DNA of 64,000 nucleotides from Candidatus Poribacteria bacterium (GTDB lineage: Bacteria; Poribacteria; WGA-4E; WGA-3G), in contig CAXXLX010000001.1 of NCBI GenBank assembly GCA_963665235.2, forward strand, positions 2,464,001-2,528,000, given 5' to 3'. The notes beneath the pieces were generated by a model that did no database searches, was not told the DNA's origin, and saw only the letters and a program-made list of their open reading frames with translations. This document shows, piece by piece, positions 1 to 10,257 of the stretch. The translations under genes and the position numbers were made by a program. The stretch's first letter is position 1, and each line of letters begins with the position of its first letter.

Positions 1-1
1 C

Positions 2-259
2 CTTGGTTTTACGAAGACGATTGCAAAAGAGGTCGGTGCACGTGGCATTACCGTGAATGCTATTGCCCCAGGCTTTATTACGACCGACATGACGGCGCAA
101 ATACCGGAAAAGAATCAGCAACAACTTCTTGACCTGATTCCCTTACGGCATTTTGGTAGCCCAGAAGATGTGGCAGATGCTGTCTGCTTTTTAGCATCTG
201 ATGCCGCACGTTATATCACCGGTCAAACGTTTCAAGTTGACGGTGGGATGGTGATGTAA
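2..259 (+). CDS. fabG: 3-oxoacyl-ACP reductase, C-terminal part (truncated by window edge)
   Basis: LGFTKTIAKEVGARGITVNAIAPGFITTDMT...YITGQTFQVDGGM SDR C-terminus; upstream of acpP and fabF. Confidence 0.93.
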   Translation, partial: LGFTKTIAKEVGARGITVNAIAPGFITTDMTAQIPEKNQQQLLDLIPLRHFGSPEDVADAVCFLASDAARYITGQTFQVDGGMVM

Positions 260-370
260 CGGAGATAGTTGACGGAGCCACTCCGTCCTTATGAAATAGA
301 TGCGGGTGAACCCAGCAAAACGAATTGCTGTTGATTCAACCGCCTAGCTGAGAGGAGATTAAAATCAATT

Positions 371-616
371 ATGGCAACAACTCTGCAAGAAAATGAAGAA
401 CGACTTATTGAAATTATTTCTGACCAACTCGGTGTTGATGCTGATAGCGTAACACCCGATTCTTCTTTTATGGAAGACCTTGGGGCAGATTCATTGGATA
501 CCGTCGAATTGGTCATGGCACTTGAAGAAGAGTTTGAAATTGAAATACCGGACAGCGATGCTGAAAAGATTCAGACCGTTCAAGATGCCCTCAACTACTT
601 AGACGAACACGTATAG
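371..616 (+). CDS. acpP: Acyl carrier protein
   Basis: [20 protein letters not shown] phosphopantetheine motif; AGGAG RBS. Confidence 0.97.
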   Translation: MATTLQENEERLIEIISDQLGVDADSVTPDSSFMEDLGADSLDTVELVMALEEEFEIEIPDSDAEKIQTVQDALNYLDEHV

Positions 617-704
617 GTTCGCATGTTCTGATAACTCCCAGGGGGCTGTAGCTACGTGCTATAAGCCCTCTTCACTCACTTTACTTGAAAAAAGGATTGG
701 TCTC

Positions 705-1943
705 GTGGAACGTGTAGTTATTACAGGAATCGGTGTTGTCAATGCAATTGGTAACACGAAGGAAGAATATTGGGATGCCCTCGCTAGCGGTAAAAACGGA
801 GTTGGCCCTTTAACGTATTTTGATGCCACCGATTACCGGACCCGGATTGCCGCTGAAGTTAAAAACTTTCAAGCGGAAAAATATCTCGATAGGAAAGCGG
901 TATCCCGTTTCCCACTTTTCATTCAGTATGCAATTGCCGCTGCTATGATGGCACATGAAGATTCAGGACTGGACCTGTCGAACGTAGACCCGTACCGGGC
1001 AGGTGTGCAAATTGGGGCGGGTGTTGGTGGTATCGGTGTGCTTGAAGAGAACGTGGCAATCCTTCTTGATAAGGGGCCTAAACGCGTCAGTCCATTTCTT
1101 GTGCCATTTATGATTATTAACATGGCATCGGGACAGGTGTCTATCCAATTTAACCTTAGGGGGCCAAATTCTGCTTCTGTTACGGCTTGTGCCTCTTCCA
1201 ACCATTCGGTGGGTGAATCATTTCGGTTGATTCAACGCGGGGATGTGGATGTAATGTTTACCGGTGGTGCTGAGTCTGCTATTACGCCTTCGGCTTTTGC
1301 GGGGTTCTGCTCAATGCGTGCGATGTCTGAGCGTAACGATGAACCCGAACGCGCCTCTCGTCCCTTCAACAAAGACCGTGATGGATTTGTAATGGGAGAT
1401 GGAGCTGGTATGCTTATCCTTGAATCGCTTGAGCATGCTAAAAAACGCGGGGCATATATTTATGCGGAGATAGTCGGTTTCGGCATGACTTCGGATGCAC
1501 ACGATATGGTGAGCCCGCCTGAAAACGGTGAAGGTGCAGCCAAAGCGATGGAATTCGCACTCAAGGACGCACAACTTCCGGTTGATGCTGTGGATTATAT
1601 CAGTGCACACGGAACTTCCACGCCCATCGGTGATGTCGCGGAAACGAATGCTATTAAATTGCTTTTCGCGGAACACGCCTACAAAATTCCGGTCAGTTCC
1701 ACGAAATCTATGGTCGGACATCTGCTCGGGGCAGCAGGGGCAGTAGAACTCATCGCCTGCCTTGGCGGAATGGAAAAAGGGTTTCTACCACCGACCCTCA
1801 ACTACGAGGTCCCAGATGAAGCATGCGATCTGGATTATGTGCCGAATGAGGCGCGTGAAGCAAAAATAGAGGTGGCACTCTCCAACGCATTCGGTTTTGG
1901 CGGACATAACACCTCTATCGCTATCCGAAAATTTTCCGGTTAA
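705..1943 (+). CDS. fabF: Beta-ketoacyl-ACP synthase II
   Basis: TACASS active Cys, [14 protein letters not shown] and SNAFGFGG motifs. Confidence 0.97.
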   Translation: MERVVITGIGVVNAIGNTKEEYWDALASGKNGVGPLTYFDATDYRTRIAAEVKNFQAEKYLDRKAVSRFPLFIQYAIAAAMMAHEDSGLDLSNVDPYRAGVQIGAGVGGIGVLEENVAILLDKGPKRVSPFLVPFMIINMASGQVSIQFNLRGPNSASVTACASSNHSVGESFRLIQRGDVDVMFTGGAESAITPSAFAGFCSMRAMSERNDEPERASRPFNKDRDGFVMGDGAGMLILESLEHAKKRGAYIYAEIVGFGMTSDAHDMVSPPENGEGAAKAMEFALKDAQLPVDAVDYISAHGTSTPIGDVAETNAIKLLFAEHAYKIPVSSTKSMVGHLLGAAGAVELIACLGGMEKGFLPPTLNYEVPDEACDLDYVPNEAREAKIEVALSNAFGFGGHNTSIAIRKFSG

Positions 1944-1951
1944 ATCACGGC

Positions 1952-2494
1952 ATGTCGGAGCATGCCTACTACTTTCTTGTGCATTTAGCGTACATCGGCT
2001 TTGGAAGCAACATCGGCGATAGGCTTTCGTCCATCCAGAAGGCCATCAATGCCTTATCACTAGTGGAGGAAATCGTGTTAAAAAAGATTTCCTCCCTTTA
2101 CAAAACTGCCCCGGTCGGATATGAAGCGCAGGCGGATTTCCTAAACGGGGTTGTTGCAATCGAAACAAGCCTTTCCCCTTACCCTCTGCTCCATACTTTA
2201 AAAGACATCGAAACTGCTGTTGGCAGAAAACACCGTGCCCGCTGGGGACCGAGAGAAATCGACCTAGATATCTTAATCTATGGAGACATATCCCTGCAAA
2301 CCTCGGACCTGACTATCCCGCATCCAGAGATGCATCTTCGCCATTTTGTGCTGGTACCGCTGATAGAAATTGCGCCGGCCCTTGTGCATCCTGTTTTCAA
2401 AGAGCCCATCCAAGTGCTACTCAGTCGCCTTGGAGAGGATAGGTCTGTTGTGAAAGCAGAAGATTCTGTTTTGTCGACTTGTCTTTCATGTTAA
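1952..2494 (+). CDS. folK: 2-amino-4-hydroxy-6-hydroxymethyldihydropteridine diphosphokinase (start may be GTG at 1979)
   Basis: [35 protein letters not shown]. Confidence 0.95.
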   Translation: MSEHAYYFLVHLAYIGFGSNIGDRLSSIQKAINALSLVEEIVLKKISSLYKTAPVGYEAQADFLNGVVAIETSLSPYPLLHTLKDIETAVGRKHRARWGPREIDLDILIYGDISLQTSDLTIPHPEMHLRHFVLVPLIEIAPALVHPVFKEPIQVLLSRLGEDRSVVKAEDSVLSTCLSC

Positions 2495-2733
2495 TCAAGG
2501 GGGGTTCAAAATCAAGATAGGCCCTGCCTACGCTCATACCCCAAATGTCGCCTGGGCACCTAATAAACGGTGGCGAGCTACATGATAGATTGATACATAA
2601 GTACAAAATGTTTGCACACCCTGAGAAAATAAAAAAGTTGCTATTATTATTCAAGCATGGTATAATCTTTAAAATATCACACGTTGACGCATGCATGAAA
2701 GTCAAAGGAATTTTACGGGATATAGGAAAAGAA

Positions 2734-3918
2734 ATGAACATTCATGAATACCAGGCAAAAGAAATTTTAGAATCCTTCGGGGTGAATACACTCCCCGGCG
2801 AAGTTGCTGGAACCACTGAAGAAGCGGAAGCTGTCGCGAGAAAAATCGATTGTGCTAGATATGTTGTCAAAGCGCAAATTCATGCAGGCGGACGCGGAAA
2901 AGGCGGCGGTGTCAAACTTGCAAACACTGTCGATGAAGTTAAACAGCATGCCGACACGATGCTCGGAATGCAGCTCGTGACACCGCAGACCGGCCCCGAA
3001 GGAAAACGCGTCAGAAAAGTCCTAATTGCTGAAGCCGTTGAGATACAGAAAGAGTTCTACCTCGCTATATTGCTTGACCGGGAAACATCAAAGCTCACTC
3101 TCATCGGCAGTGAAGAGGGGGGTGTCAATATCGAGGAGGTTGCAGCCCAAACGCCTGCAAAGATTATTCGGGCAAAGATTCATCCCGCCTTTGGGTTAAC
3201 CGAATTTCACGCCCGGGATTTCGCATACAAATTGATTACAGATACCCGTTACCGGACACTTATTCCGGATGCAACCGCGTTGATTATCTCGCTTTACAAC
3301 GCGTTTCTTGGATATGATTGTTCGCTGATAGAAATTAATCCGTTGGCAATTGTTGGTCAAGCGGATGCCTTAGAAATTGTTGCCCTTGATTCCAAAGTCA
3401 ATCTTGACGACAACGCCCTTTGGCTGCATCCCGATATTTCTGATATGCGTGACCCGCATGAAGAAGACCCTAGCGAATTAGAGGCGAGCGAATCCGGCTT
3501 AAGCTACATCCGCCTTGATGGTAATATCGGGTGTATGGTGAACGGCGCAGGATTGGCTATGGCAACGATGGATATTATCAAACAGAAAGGGGGCGAGCCG
3601 GCGAACTTTCTTGATGTTGGAGGTGGTGCATCCGTTGAAGCTGTCGCGCATGCCTTCCGGCTTATCCTTGCCGATGAAAACGTAAAGGCTGTGCTCGTCA
3701 ATATCTTCGGGGGCATTATGAAATGCGACACTATCGCTACCGGTATTGTTGAGGCAGCAAAGCAGGTTGCGCTCAACGTGCCCCTTGTTGTCCGGTTAGA
3801 GGGGACAAACGTGGAACTCGGAAAACGAATTATTTCGGAATCGGAGCTGAATCTCCAGTTAGCGGAGGGGCTTTCTGAGGCAGCTGAACTCGCGGTAACC
3901 GCAGCAAATACTGCATAA
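2734..3918 (+). CDS. sucC: Succinate--CoA ligase beta subunit
   Basis: MNIHEYQAK start, KAQIHAGGRGKGGGV, NGAGLAMATMD, NFLDVGGG. Confidence 0.97.
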   Translation: MNIHEYQAKEILESFGVNTLPGEVAGTTEEAEAVARKIDCARYVVKAQIHAGGRGKGGGVKLANTVDEVKQHADTMLGMQLVTPQTGPEGKRVRKVLIAEAVEIQKEFYLAILLDRETSKLTLIGSEEGGVNIEEVAAQTPAKIIRAKIHPAFGLTEFHARDFAYKLITDTRYRTLIPDATALIISLYNAFLGYDCSLIEINPLAIVGQADALEIVALDSKVNLDDNALWLHPDISDMRDPHEEDPSELEASESGLSYIRLDGNIGCMVNGAGLAMATMDIIKQKGGEPANFLDVGGGASVEAVAHAFRLILADENVKAVLVNIFGGIMKCDTIATGIVEAAKQVALNVPLVVRLEGTNVELGKRIISESELNLQLAEGLSEAAELAVTAANTA

Positions 3919-3940
3919 ATCTATTTTGTATACAAACAAT

Positions 3941-4942
3941 ATGAGAAACAATCGACGGCGAAGACGCACCACATCTGATGAGATAAATTTACCGCATCAA
4001 CAATACGACTTTGTGACGAGAAACCTGTTTTATGTCTTTCCTACAGATATGCTGGACCTCGCCATGAAGGGCAAGAATTACCAATTTGTCGAACATGTTG
4101 ACAGCGAATTAGTCTCTGTGGAAGCACGCACAATGGACATTTTGCTAAAGGTGTTGCTCGATGGAAAATATGTCTTAGTTCATTTTGAAATACAGACAGG
4201 CGATAGCGTGCACCCAAACATGGTAAGGCGGAATGTGGGGTATATCGGTAGATGCTATGAAAGATATGGGCTCCCTATTTACTCCTTTGTGATTTATCTC
4301 AATGAAGACGCAGGCAAAAAGGATGCGGGGGGGTATATCCAAGATGTGCCAGGACACCGTCTCATCGTTGAGTATAAGGTGATACGGCTGAGCCAGATTG
4401 ATGGTGAGGCGATACTTGAGACAAAGCAGCCCGGATTAATGCCGCTCACTCCGTTGATGCGCCCGCCTAAAGATATGTCAGCCTTGGAGTGGACGACTCG
4501 TTGTATTGAAGTGACGAAAACACTTGATATAGATGTGGACTTAAGGAATAATTTACTTGTGGAACAGTGGGTATTGAGCGGTTTGCGTCACGATCGGCAA
4601 TCGCTCCTAGATTCATTATCGGAGGATATTTTGAACAATTCATCTATTTACGACCTGATTATTGAACGTGGCGTGGAACGCGGTCGGCAAGAAGGCATTG
4701 AAGAGGGTCGGCAAGAAGGCATTGAAGAGGGCCGGCAGCTCGGTGCGAAAGAAAGCACTATTGAAAACATCCTCGGTTTACTCGACCGGCGTTTCAAAAT
4801 GGACACTGCGCCTGCTTTGACATCTCTGCTTGAACCGATTGATGATCTGCAACGTCTCCGTCAACTATTTTACGAAGCGTTAGACGTAGTGCATTTGGAG
4901 GATTTCATCCGAACGGTAACGGAAGGCAATGGGGCACAGTAA
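3941..4942 (+). CDS. Rpn/YhgA-like PD-(D/E)XK family protein with C-terminal EG-rich repeats
   Basis: RTMDILL...VHFEIQT nuclease-like core; GRQEGIEEGRQEGIEEG repeats; internal GGAGG+TTG at 4621-4633. Confidence 0.75.
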   Translation: MRNNRRRRRTTSDEINLPHQQYDFVTRNLFYVFPTDMLDLAMKGKNYQFVEHVDSELVSVEARTMDILLKVLLDGKYVLVHFEIQTGDSVHPNMVRRNVGYIGRCYERYGLPIYSFVIYLNEDAGKKDAGGYIQDVPGHRLIVEYKVIRLSQIDGEAILETKQPGLMPLTPLMRPPKDMSALEWTTRCIEVTKTLDIDVDLRNNLLVEQWVLSGLRHDRQSLLDSLSEDILNNSSIYDLIIERGVERGRQEGIEEGRQEGIEEGRQLGAKESTIENILGLLDRRFKMDTAPALTSLLEPIDDLQRLRQLFYEALDVVHLEDFIRTVTEGNGAQ

Positions 4943-4985
4943 TCCGAAAACCTAATTGATTAAGCGTTTCAAACACGAAAGAAAA

Positions 4986-6177
4986 ATGGCAAAACTACAA
5001 TTAACGGATATAAACGTAGCTGACAAACGGGTTCTCGTGCGCGTGGATTTTAACGTGCCACTGAAAGATGGTAAAATTACGGATGAAACCCGTATTACCG
5101 CTGCTTTGCCTACCCTGCTAGACCTCATTCACAGGGGGGCGAAAACCGTTCTCGTCACACATTTAGGCAGACCAACAGTTGGGGCATCTGCTGAACGCGA
5201 GGCTCTTTCTACTGCGCCAATTGCTATAGCACTTAGCCAAAAACTAGGCAAACGGGTCGCCCATGTTGACGATTGCATCGGTGAAACTGTGGAAAATGCT
5301 GTTGAGTCGTTGGAGAGTGGCGAAGTTTTGCTCCTTGAGAACGTCCGATTTTACGCTGAAGAGATAGATAACGACCCGGAGTTTGCAAAGCAGCTTGCGT
5401 CTCTCGCTGAAGTCTATGTCAACGATGCCTTCGGCACTGCACACCGTGCCCATGCTTCAACGGAAGGGAGTGACACATTACTTAACACCGTGCGTTGCGG
5501 GTTTGCTTATGGCACGCGAAATTCATTATCTCAGCATGACCCTTGAAAATCCTGAACGCCCATACGTAGCGATTCTTGGCGGTGCAAAAATATCGGATAA
5601 AATCACACTGATTGAGAAGCTATTAGGAAAAGTTGATACGTTGCTTATCGGTGGGGGTATGGCTTACACGTTCCTCTCTGCCATGGGCGTTGCTACTGGC
5701 AATTCGCTCGTTGAAACGGAGAAACTTGACGTAGCGGCATCCCTTATTGAGATGGAAGGTTTTTCAGATACCGTGCTCCTTCCGGCCGATCATGTTGTTG
5801 GGCGCGCGTTTGCACCTGATACTGAATTAAGGATTGTTGACGATGTGCATATCGCCGAAGGGTGGCAAGGATTGGATATCGGTCCCAAAACCGTCGCTGC
5901 CTTTAGTGAACAGCTCGCTTCCGCGAAAACGGTAGTGTGGAACGGTCCTTTAGGCGTTTACGAATTTGAAAAGTTTGCTCAAGGCACAATTGCGATTGCA
6001 AAACAGATTGCCGCCGCTGAAGCGACAAGCATTATCGGCGGCGGGGACTGCGTTGCAGCGATACAGCAGGCTGGTGTCGCCGATCGGATAACACATGTTT
6101 CCACTGGTGGCGGTGCATCATTAGAATTTTTAGAGGGTAAACCTTTGCCCGGAATTACGGCATTAACTGATAAATAG
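4986..6177 (+). CDS. pgk: Phosphoglycerate kinase, split by one extra base near 5467-5470 (probable assembly error)
   Basis: [30 protein letters not shown] in one frame, then [27 protein letters not shown] in the next. Confidence 0.93.
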
Positions 6178-6200
6178 CCAAAAACCGAAACGGTAAAAAT

Positions 6201-7642
6201 ATGTTTGATAAAATTACACCCCGTAGTGAAGACTACTCAAAATGGTATACGCAGGTCATCCAGCAAGCCGAGATGGCAGATTACGCACCTGTGCGCGGGT
6301 GCATGGTAGTGCGTCCTTACGGTTACGCGCTCTGGGAAAATGTTAAGGAGCAACTGGATACCCGCTTTAAAGAGACAGGACACCAGAACGCTGCCTTTCC
6401 GCTTTTCATTCCGATGAGTTTCATTGAGAAAGAGGCAGAACACGTCGAAGGTTTCAAACCTGAACTGGCGGTTGTCACCCACGGTGGCGGAAAGAAATTG
6501 GAGGAGCCGCTCGTTGTCCGTCCGACATCTGAAACGATTATCGGCTATATGTATAGTCGGTGGATTCAATCCTATCGTGATCTCCCCGTGCTTATCAATC
6601 AGTGGGCGAACGTGGTGCGATGGGAGTTGCGTCCCCGTCTTTTCCTCCGAACGATGGAGTTCTTCTGGCAAGAGGGGCACACCGCGCATGCAACACATGC
6701 GGAAGCGGAAGAAGAAACACTTCGCATCCTTGACATTTATACCGATTTTGCAGTCAATGAAGCGGCAATACCTGTCATCCCCGGACGCAAAAGTGAAAAC
6801 GAAAAGTTTCCCGGTGCCGTGACTTCCTATACCATTGAAGCGATGATGGGGGATAAACGCGCTGCCCAAGCAGGTACAACACACGACCTCGGGCAAAACT
6901 TCGCCAAAGCGTTTGATATCCAATACCTCGACGCGAATCAGAAACAGCAGCACTGTTGGACAACCAGTTGGGGGGTTAGTACACGGATGATCGGCGTGAT
7001 TATCATGGCGCATGGCGATGACCAAGGTTTAGTTCTGCCGCCACGACTTGCCCCCACACAACTTGTTATCGTGCCAATTGTTCCGAAAAACAGGGACGCA
7101 GCAAAACAGGCAGTCGAACAAACCGTTGCGGCAATTTGTGAAACTTTAGGCGACATCCGATACCATGTTGATGACCGATATGAGTATTCACCCGGTTGGC
7201 GTTTCAACGAATGGGAACTCAAAGGCGTGCCTCTGCGGATTGAGATTGGTCCACGCGATATTGAAAACGAACAGGTTGTCTTTGCCAGACGCGATATGCC
7301 CGGTAAGGATGGCAAAACGTTTGTGCCAATTGCCGAGGTTGCCGAGACAGCAACGCAGCTGCTCGACACAATTCAGGCGGATATGCTCAGACGAGCAACG
7401 GAATTCCGAGATGCAAACACTTTTGAACCGACAGATTACGACTCTTACGACTCCTTTAAGGCGTGTGTCGAGAAAGGGTTTGTACGCGCATGGTGGTGCG
7501 GAAATGCTGAATGTGAAGATAAGGTCAAAACGGATGTGCGACTATCCGATGTATTCCGATGGAGCAGCCCGGTGGCGATGGTGAGTGTATTGTCTGTGGG
7601 ACGCAAGCGGAAGAGCTTGCAATTTTTTCACGGGCATACTAA
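6201..7642 (+). CDS. proS: Proline--tRNA ligase (archaeal/eukaryote-like type), frameshifted near 7535
   Basis: RPTSET, RTMEFFWQEGHT, TSWGVSTR; expected C-terminus ATIRCIP...CIVCG...AIFSRAY* lies in another frame ending at 7642. Confidence 0.93.
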
Positions 7643-7701
7643 ATCAAAGACAATCGAAAATGTGGAAAACTAAATGACCCTGACCCCTGGTTTTAATATA
7701 A

Positions 7702-8004
7702 TACCATTTCTAATTGAAAATGTCTCTTTCTTGTAGCATAAACTTCCAGTTTGTGCGGTTCTTGTAGCATAAACTTCCAGTTTGTGCGATTCTTGTAGCA
7801 TAAACTTTTAGTTTGTGCGGTTCTTGTAGCATAAACTTCCAGTTTGTGCGATTCTTGTAGCATAAACTTTTAGTTTGTGCGGTTCTTGTAGCATAAACTT
7901 CCAGTTTGTGCGATTCTTGTAGCATAAACTTCCAGTTTGGGTCTTCCGTTCTCCGTTTCATTTCTAAACAACCGGTAATGATAGAATAATTAATAAAAAT
8001 GGTA
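7702..8004. mobile_element. MITE-like element (TACCATTT terminal inverted repeats) carrying 7 tandem 31-bp GTAG-REP hairpins
   Basis: Ends TACCATTTCTAATT...AATAAAAATGGTA; unit CTTGTAGCATAAACTTCCAGTTTGTGCGGTT from 7730 to ~7940; sister copies at 40337 and 48578. Confidence 0.85.
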
Positions 8005-8019
8005 TAAGAAGGACTCGAC

Positions 8020-10080
8020 ATGCGCTACACATCACAGCAAGATGATTGGTTAGTTCAACCCTTTTGCCAACCCGCTTCAATCCAAGAAACGGACAATCAG
8101 CTTATTCTTGAGAATGGGCTCATTCAGCGAAGGTTCGTCACCGCACCGAATTTCGCTACGGTGGATTATGCCAATCAAATTACGGAGAGCAGTCTGCTTC
8201 GTGGCATCAAACCGGAGGCAGTCCTGACAATTGATGGACAGGAATTTGAGGTGGGCGGTTTGAAAGGACAGCCCGACTACGCTTATCTTGATTCGGAGTG
8301 GATTGCGGACTTGACCAGTGACGAGAACGCGTTTCAATTTCGCGAATATCGAGTCGGTAAACCTGAACCCCCCTATCCATGGGTTCAAAGACGTTCTAAT
8401 ACATCGTCAGTCTATCCGCCAGAGGGTGTGACGCTGACGGTTGTGTTTTCATCGCCTCCATCCGCCGACTCGCTTCAGGTTTGTGTGCATTATGAACTAT
8501 ACCAAGGCATTCCCGTACTCGCCAAGTGGATTACTGTTCACAATGAGAGTCAAAAACCGATTCAACTGGATACCTTAAGCTGTGAAATTCTTGCTGTCAA
8601 CGAGCAGGAGAAACATCGGCTGCATGTTGAGAGCGATTATGCTTTCAGTGGTATGGAAACGACACAGTGGGGACCAGATGCGGATTACAAGACGCAGGTC
8701 GATTATCACTATCGGATGCCGCTGTTGATGACAAGCCGCTATCCACTCGGTCCGGGGGTATCCCTTCAACCGGGCGAGACCTTCAAGAGTTTTCGCACCT
8801 TTGAGATTCTGCATGATAGCGATGACCGCGAGCGAAAAGGGCTTGCACGTCGCAAGATGTATCGCACGGTTGCACCGCAGGTCACGGAAAATCCAATCCT
8901 CATGCACGTTCGGAGTGCTCAACCTGAGGCAGTCCGTTTGGCAATCGAGCAGTGCGCTGAGGTCGGATTTGAGATGGTGATTATGACCTTCGGGAGCGGT
9001 TTCAATGTTGAGAGCGAAGACCCGGAATATATCGCTACAATGAAGGAATTGGCAGATTATGCCCATCAAAAAGGTATTCAGCTCGGGGGGTATACGTTGA
9101 TGTGTGCTTCGCGAGGGGTGGGTGAAGACTTCAACTGTATTGACCCAGACACCGGGCAACCCGGCAGTAAGTTTGGACAGAGTGCTTGTCTTGCAAGCAG
9201 CTGGGCAGATGGTTATGTCCAACGCGTGCTGAATTTCATGGATGCAACCGGGATGGATGTCATAGAGACAGATGGCCCGTATCATGGCGATGTTTGTGCT
9301 TCAACAACGCACGCCCATCATAACAGCTTGGCGGATTCGCAGTTGCGGCAGTGGGAAACGTGTGTGAGTTTTTATCACGAGTGCCGAAAACGCGGTATCT
9401 ATATCAATTCGCCAGATTTGTATTACCTCAACGGTTCGAACAAATGCGGTATGGGGTATCGAGAAACGAATTTCAGTTTGCCTCGCGAGCGGCAAATTTT
9501 AATCGCCCGGCAGAATATCTACGATGCGACATTCGAAAAAACGCCGAGTATGGGATGGATGTTTGTCCCGTTGGTGGAATATCACGGCGGTGGACAAGCC
9601 GCAACATTTGAACCGCTTTGTGAACACCTCGATGACTATGAAGCACATCTTGCACAGAACTTCGGGAGTGGCGTGATTGCGTGCTATCGCGGGCCTCGCC
9701 TTTTTGACACGGAACAGACGAAGGTTGTTGTTAAGAAATGGGTTGACTTCTACAAAAAGTATCGCCCGATATTGGAGTCCGATCTGATTCACGTGCGTCG
9801 TCCAGATGGACGCGCTATCGATTGTGTGCTCCACGCGAACGCGCAAATCAATCCCTGCGGATTAGCGATGCTCTATAATTCTACGAATACGGTGCAACAG
9901 ACTACGCTGAAATTGCCGGTCTATTATACAGGCTTGTCTGAAACTGCTAAGATTCGTGAAAGAGAGGGAGAGCCCACACTGTACAAAATCGACCGAAATT
10001 ACAACATTGAGATTCCAATCAAGATGGAGGCGAAGAGCGTTAGCTATCTCGTTATTGAATCTACAGCAATTAGCAATTAG
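8020..10080 (+). CDS. Putative glycoside hydrolase (alpha-galactosidase/GH36-like)
   Basis: N-terminal beta-sandwich-like region (LENGLIQRRF, VHYELYQG..KWITVHN), then a barrel-like region with CLASSW and IETDG. Confidence 0.55.
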   Translation: MRYTSQQDDWLVQPFCQPASIQETDNQLILENGLIQRRFVTAPNFATVDYANQITESSLLRGIKPEAVLTIDGQEFEVGGLKGQPDYAYLDSEWIADLTSDENAFQFREYRVGKPEPPYPWVQRRSNTSSVYPPEGVTLTVVFSSPPSADSLQVCVHYELYQGIPVLAKWITVHNESQKPIQLDTLSCEILAVNEQEKHRLHVESDYAFSGMETTQWGPDADYKTQVDYHYRMPLLMTSRYPLGPGVSLQPGETFKSFRTFEILHDSDDRERKGLARRKMYRTVAPQVTENPILMHVRSAQPEAVRLAIEQCAEVGFEMVIMTFGSGFNVESEDPEYIATMKELADYAHQKGIQLGGYTLMCASRGVGEDFNCIDPDTGQPGSKFGQSACLASSWADGYVQRVLNFMDATGMDVIETDGPYHGDVCASTTHAHHNSLADSQLRQWETCVSFYHECRKRGIYINSPDLYYLNGSNKCGMGYRETNFSLPRERQILIARQNIYDATFEKTPSMGWMFVPLVEYHGGGQAATFEPLCEHLDDYEAHLAQNFGSGVIACYRGPRLFDTEQTKVVVKKWVDFYKKYRPILESDLIHVRRPDGRAIDCVLHANAQINPCGLAMLYNSTNTVQQTTLKLPVYYTGLSETAKIREREGEPTLYKIDRNYNIEIPIKMEAKSVSYLVIESTAISN

Positions 10081-10235
10081 CAATTAGCAATTGGCAAGAG
10101 TTTGTGATTCTAAACAAACTTCTGACGCGCGTCAGAGACCTCCTCCTCTTTCTCTTGTTATAGGTTTCCAACGGTTTCCAATAGCCAACAGCTCGTAGGG
10201 GTTGGGTTTCCCAACCCGCAAATAGCCAACAGTTT
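10065..10235. repeat. Heptamer-repeat (GCAATTA / TAGCCAA) flanked palindromic element containing a GTAG REP
   Basis: (GCAATTA)n GCAAGAG...CTCTTG; GTAGGGGTTGGGTTTCCCAACCC at ~10195; relatives at 24625-24758, 49763-49850, 50092-50192. Confidence 0.65.
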
Positions 10236-10257
10236 CCAACAGCATAAGGAGGTAAAA

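Noticed and set aside
923-1746. Antisense and alternate-frame ORFs overlapping fabF and other long genes throughout the window
   Set aside because: Shadow ORFs of well-supported genes, with no motifs of their own.
5440-5480. Programmed frameshift or true pseudogene in pgk
   Set aside because: One extra G in a short G run with no slippery heptamer; similar isolated indels in proS (~7535), ~27970 and ~58890 point to assembly error. Reads are needed to confirm.
7520-7673. Novel ProS C-terminus as given by the ORF track
   Set aside because: The canonical Cys-containing tail ending in AY* is present in another frame.
7730-7940. CRISPR or TIGR-like array in the 30/31/36-bp tandem repeats (also 40365-40550, 56385-56520)
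   Set aside because: Units are head-to-tail and almost invariant, with no variable spacer segments.
7710-8021. Repeat proteins (HKLEVYAT / WKFMLQE / CSINF ORFs, also 40329-40580 and 56150-56549)
   Set aside because: They are translations of REP/MITE repeats, open in several frames.
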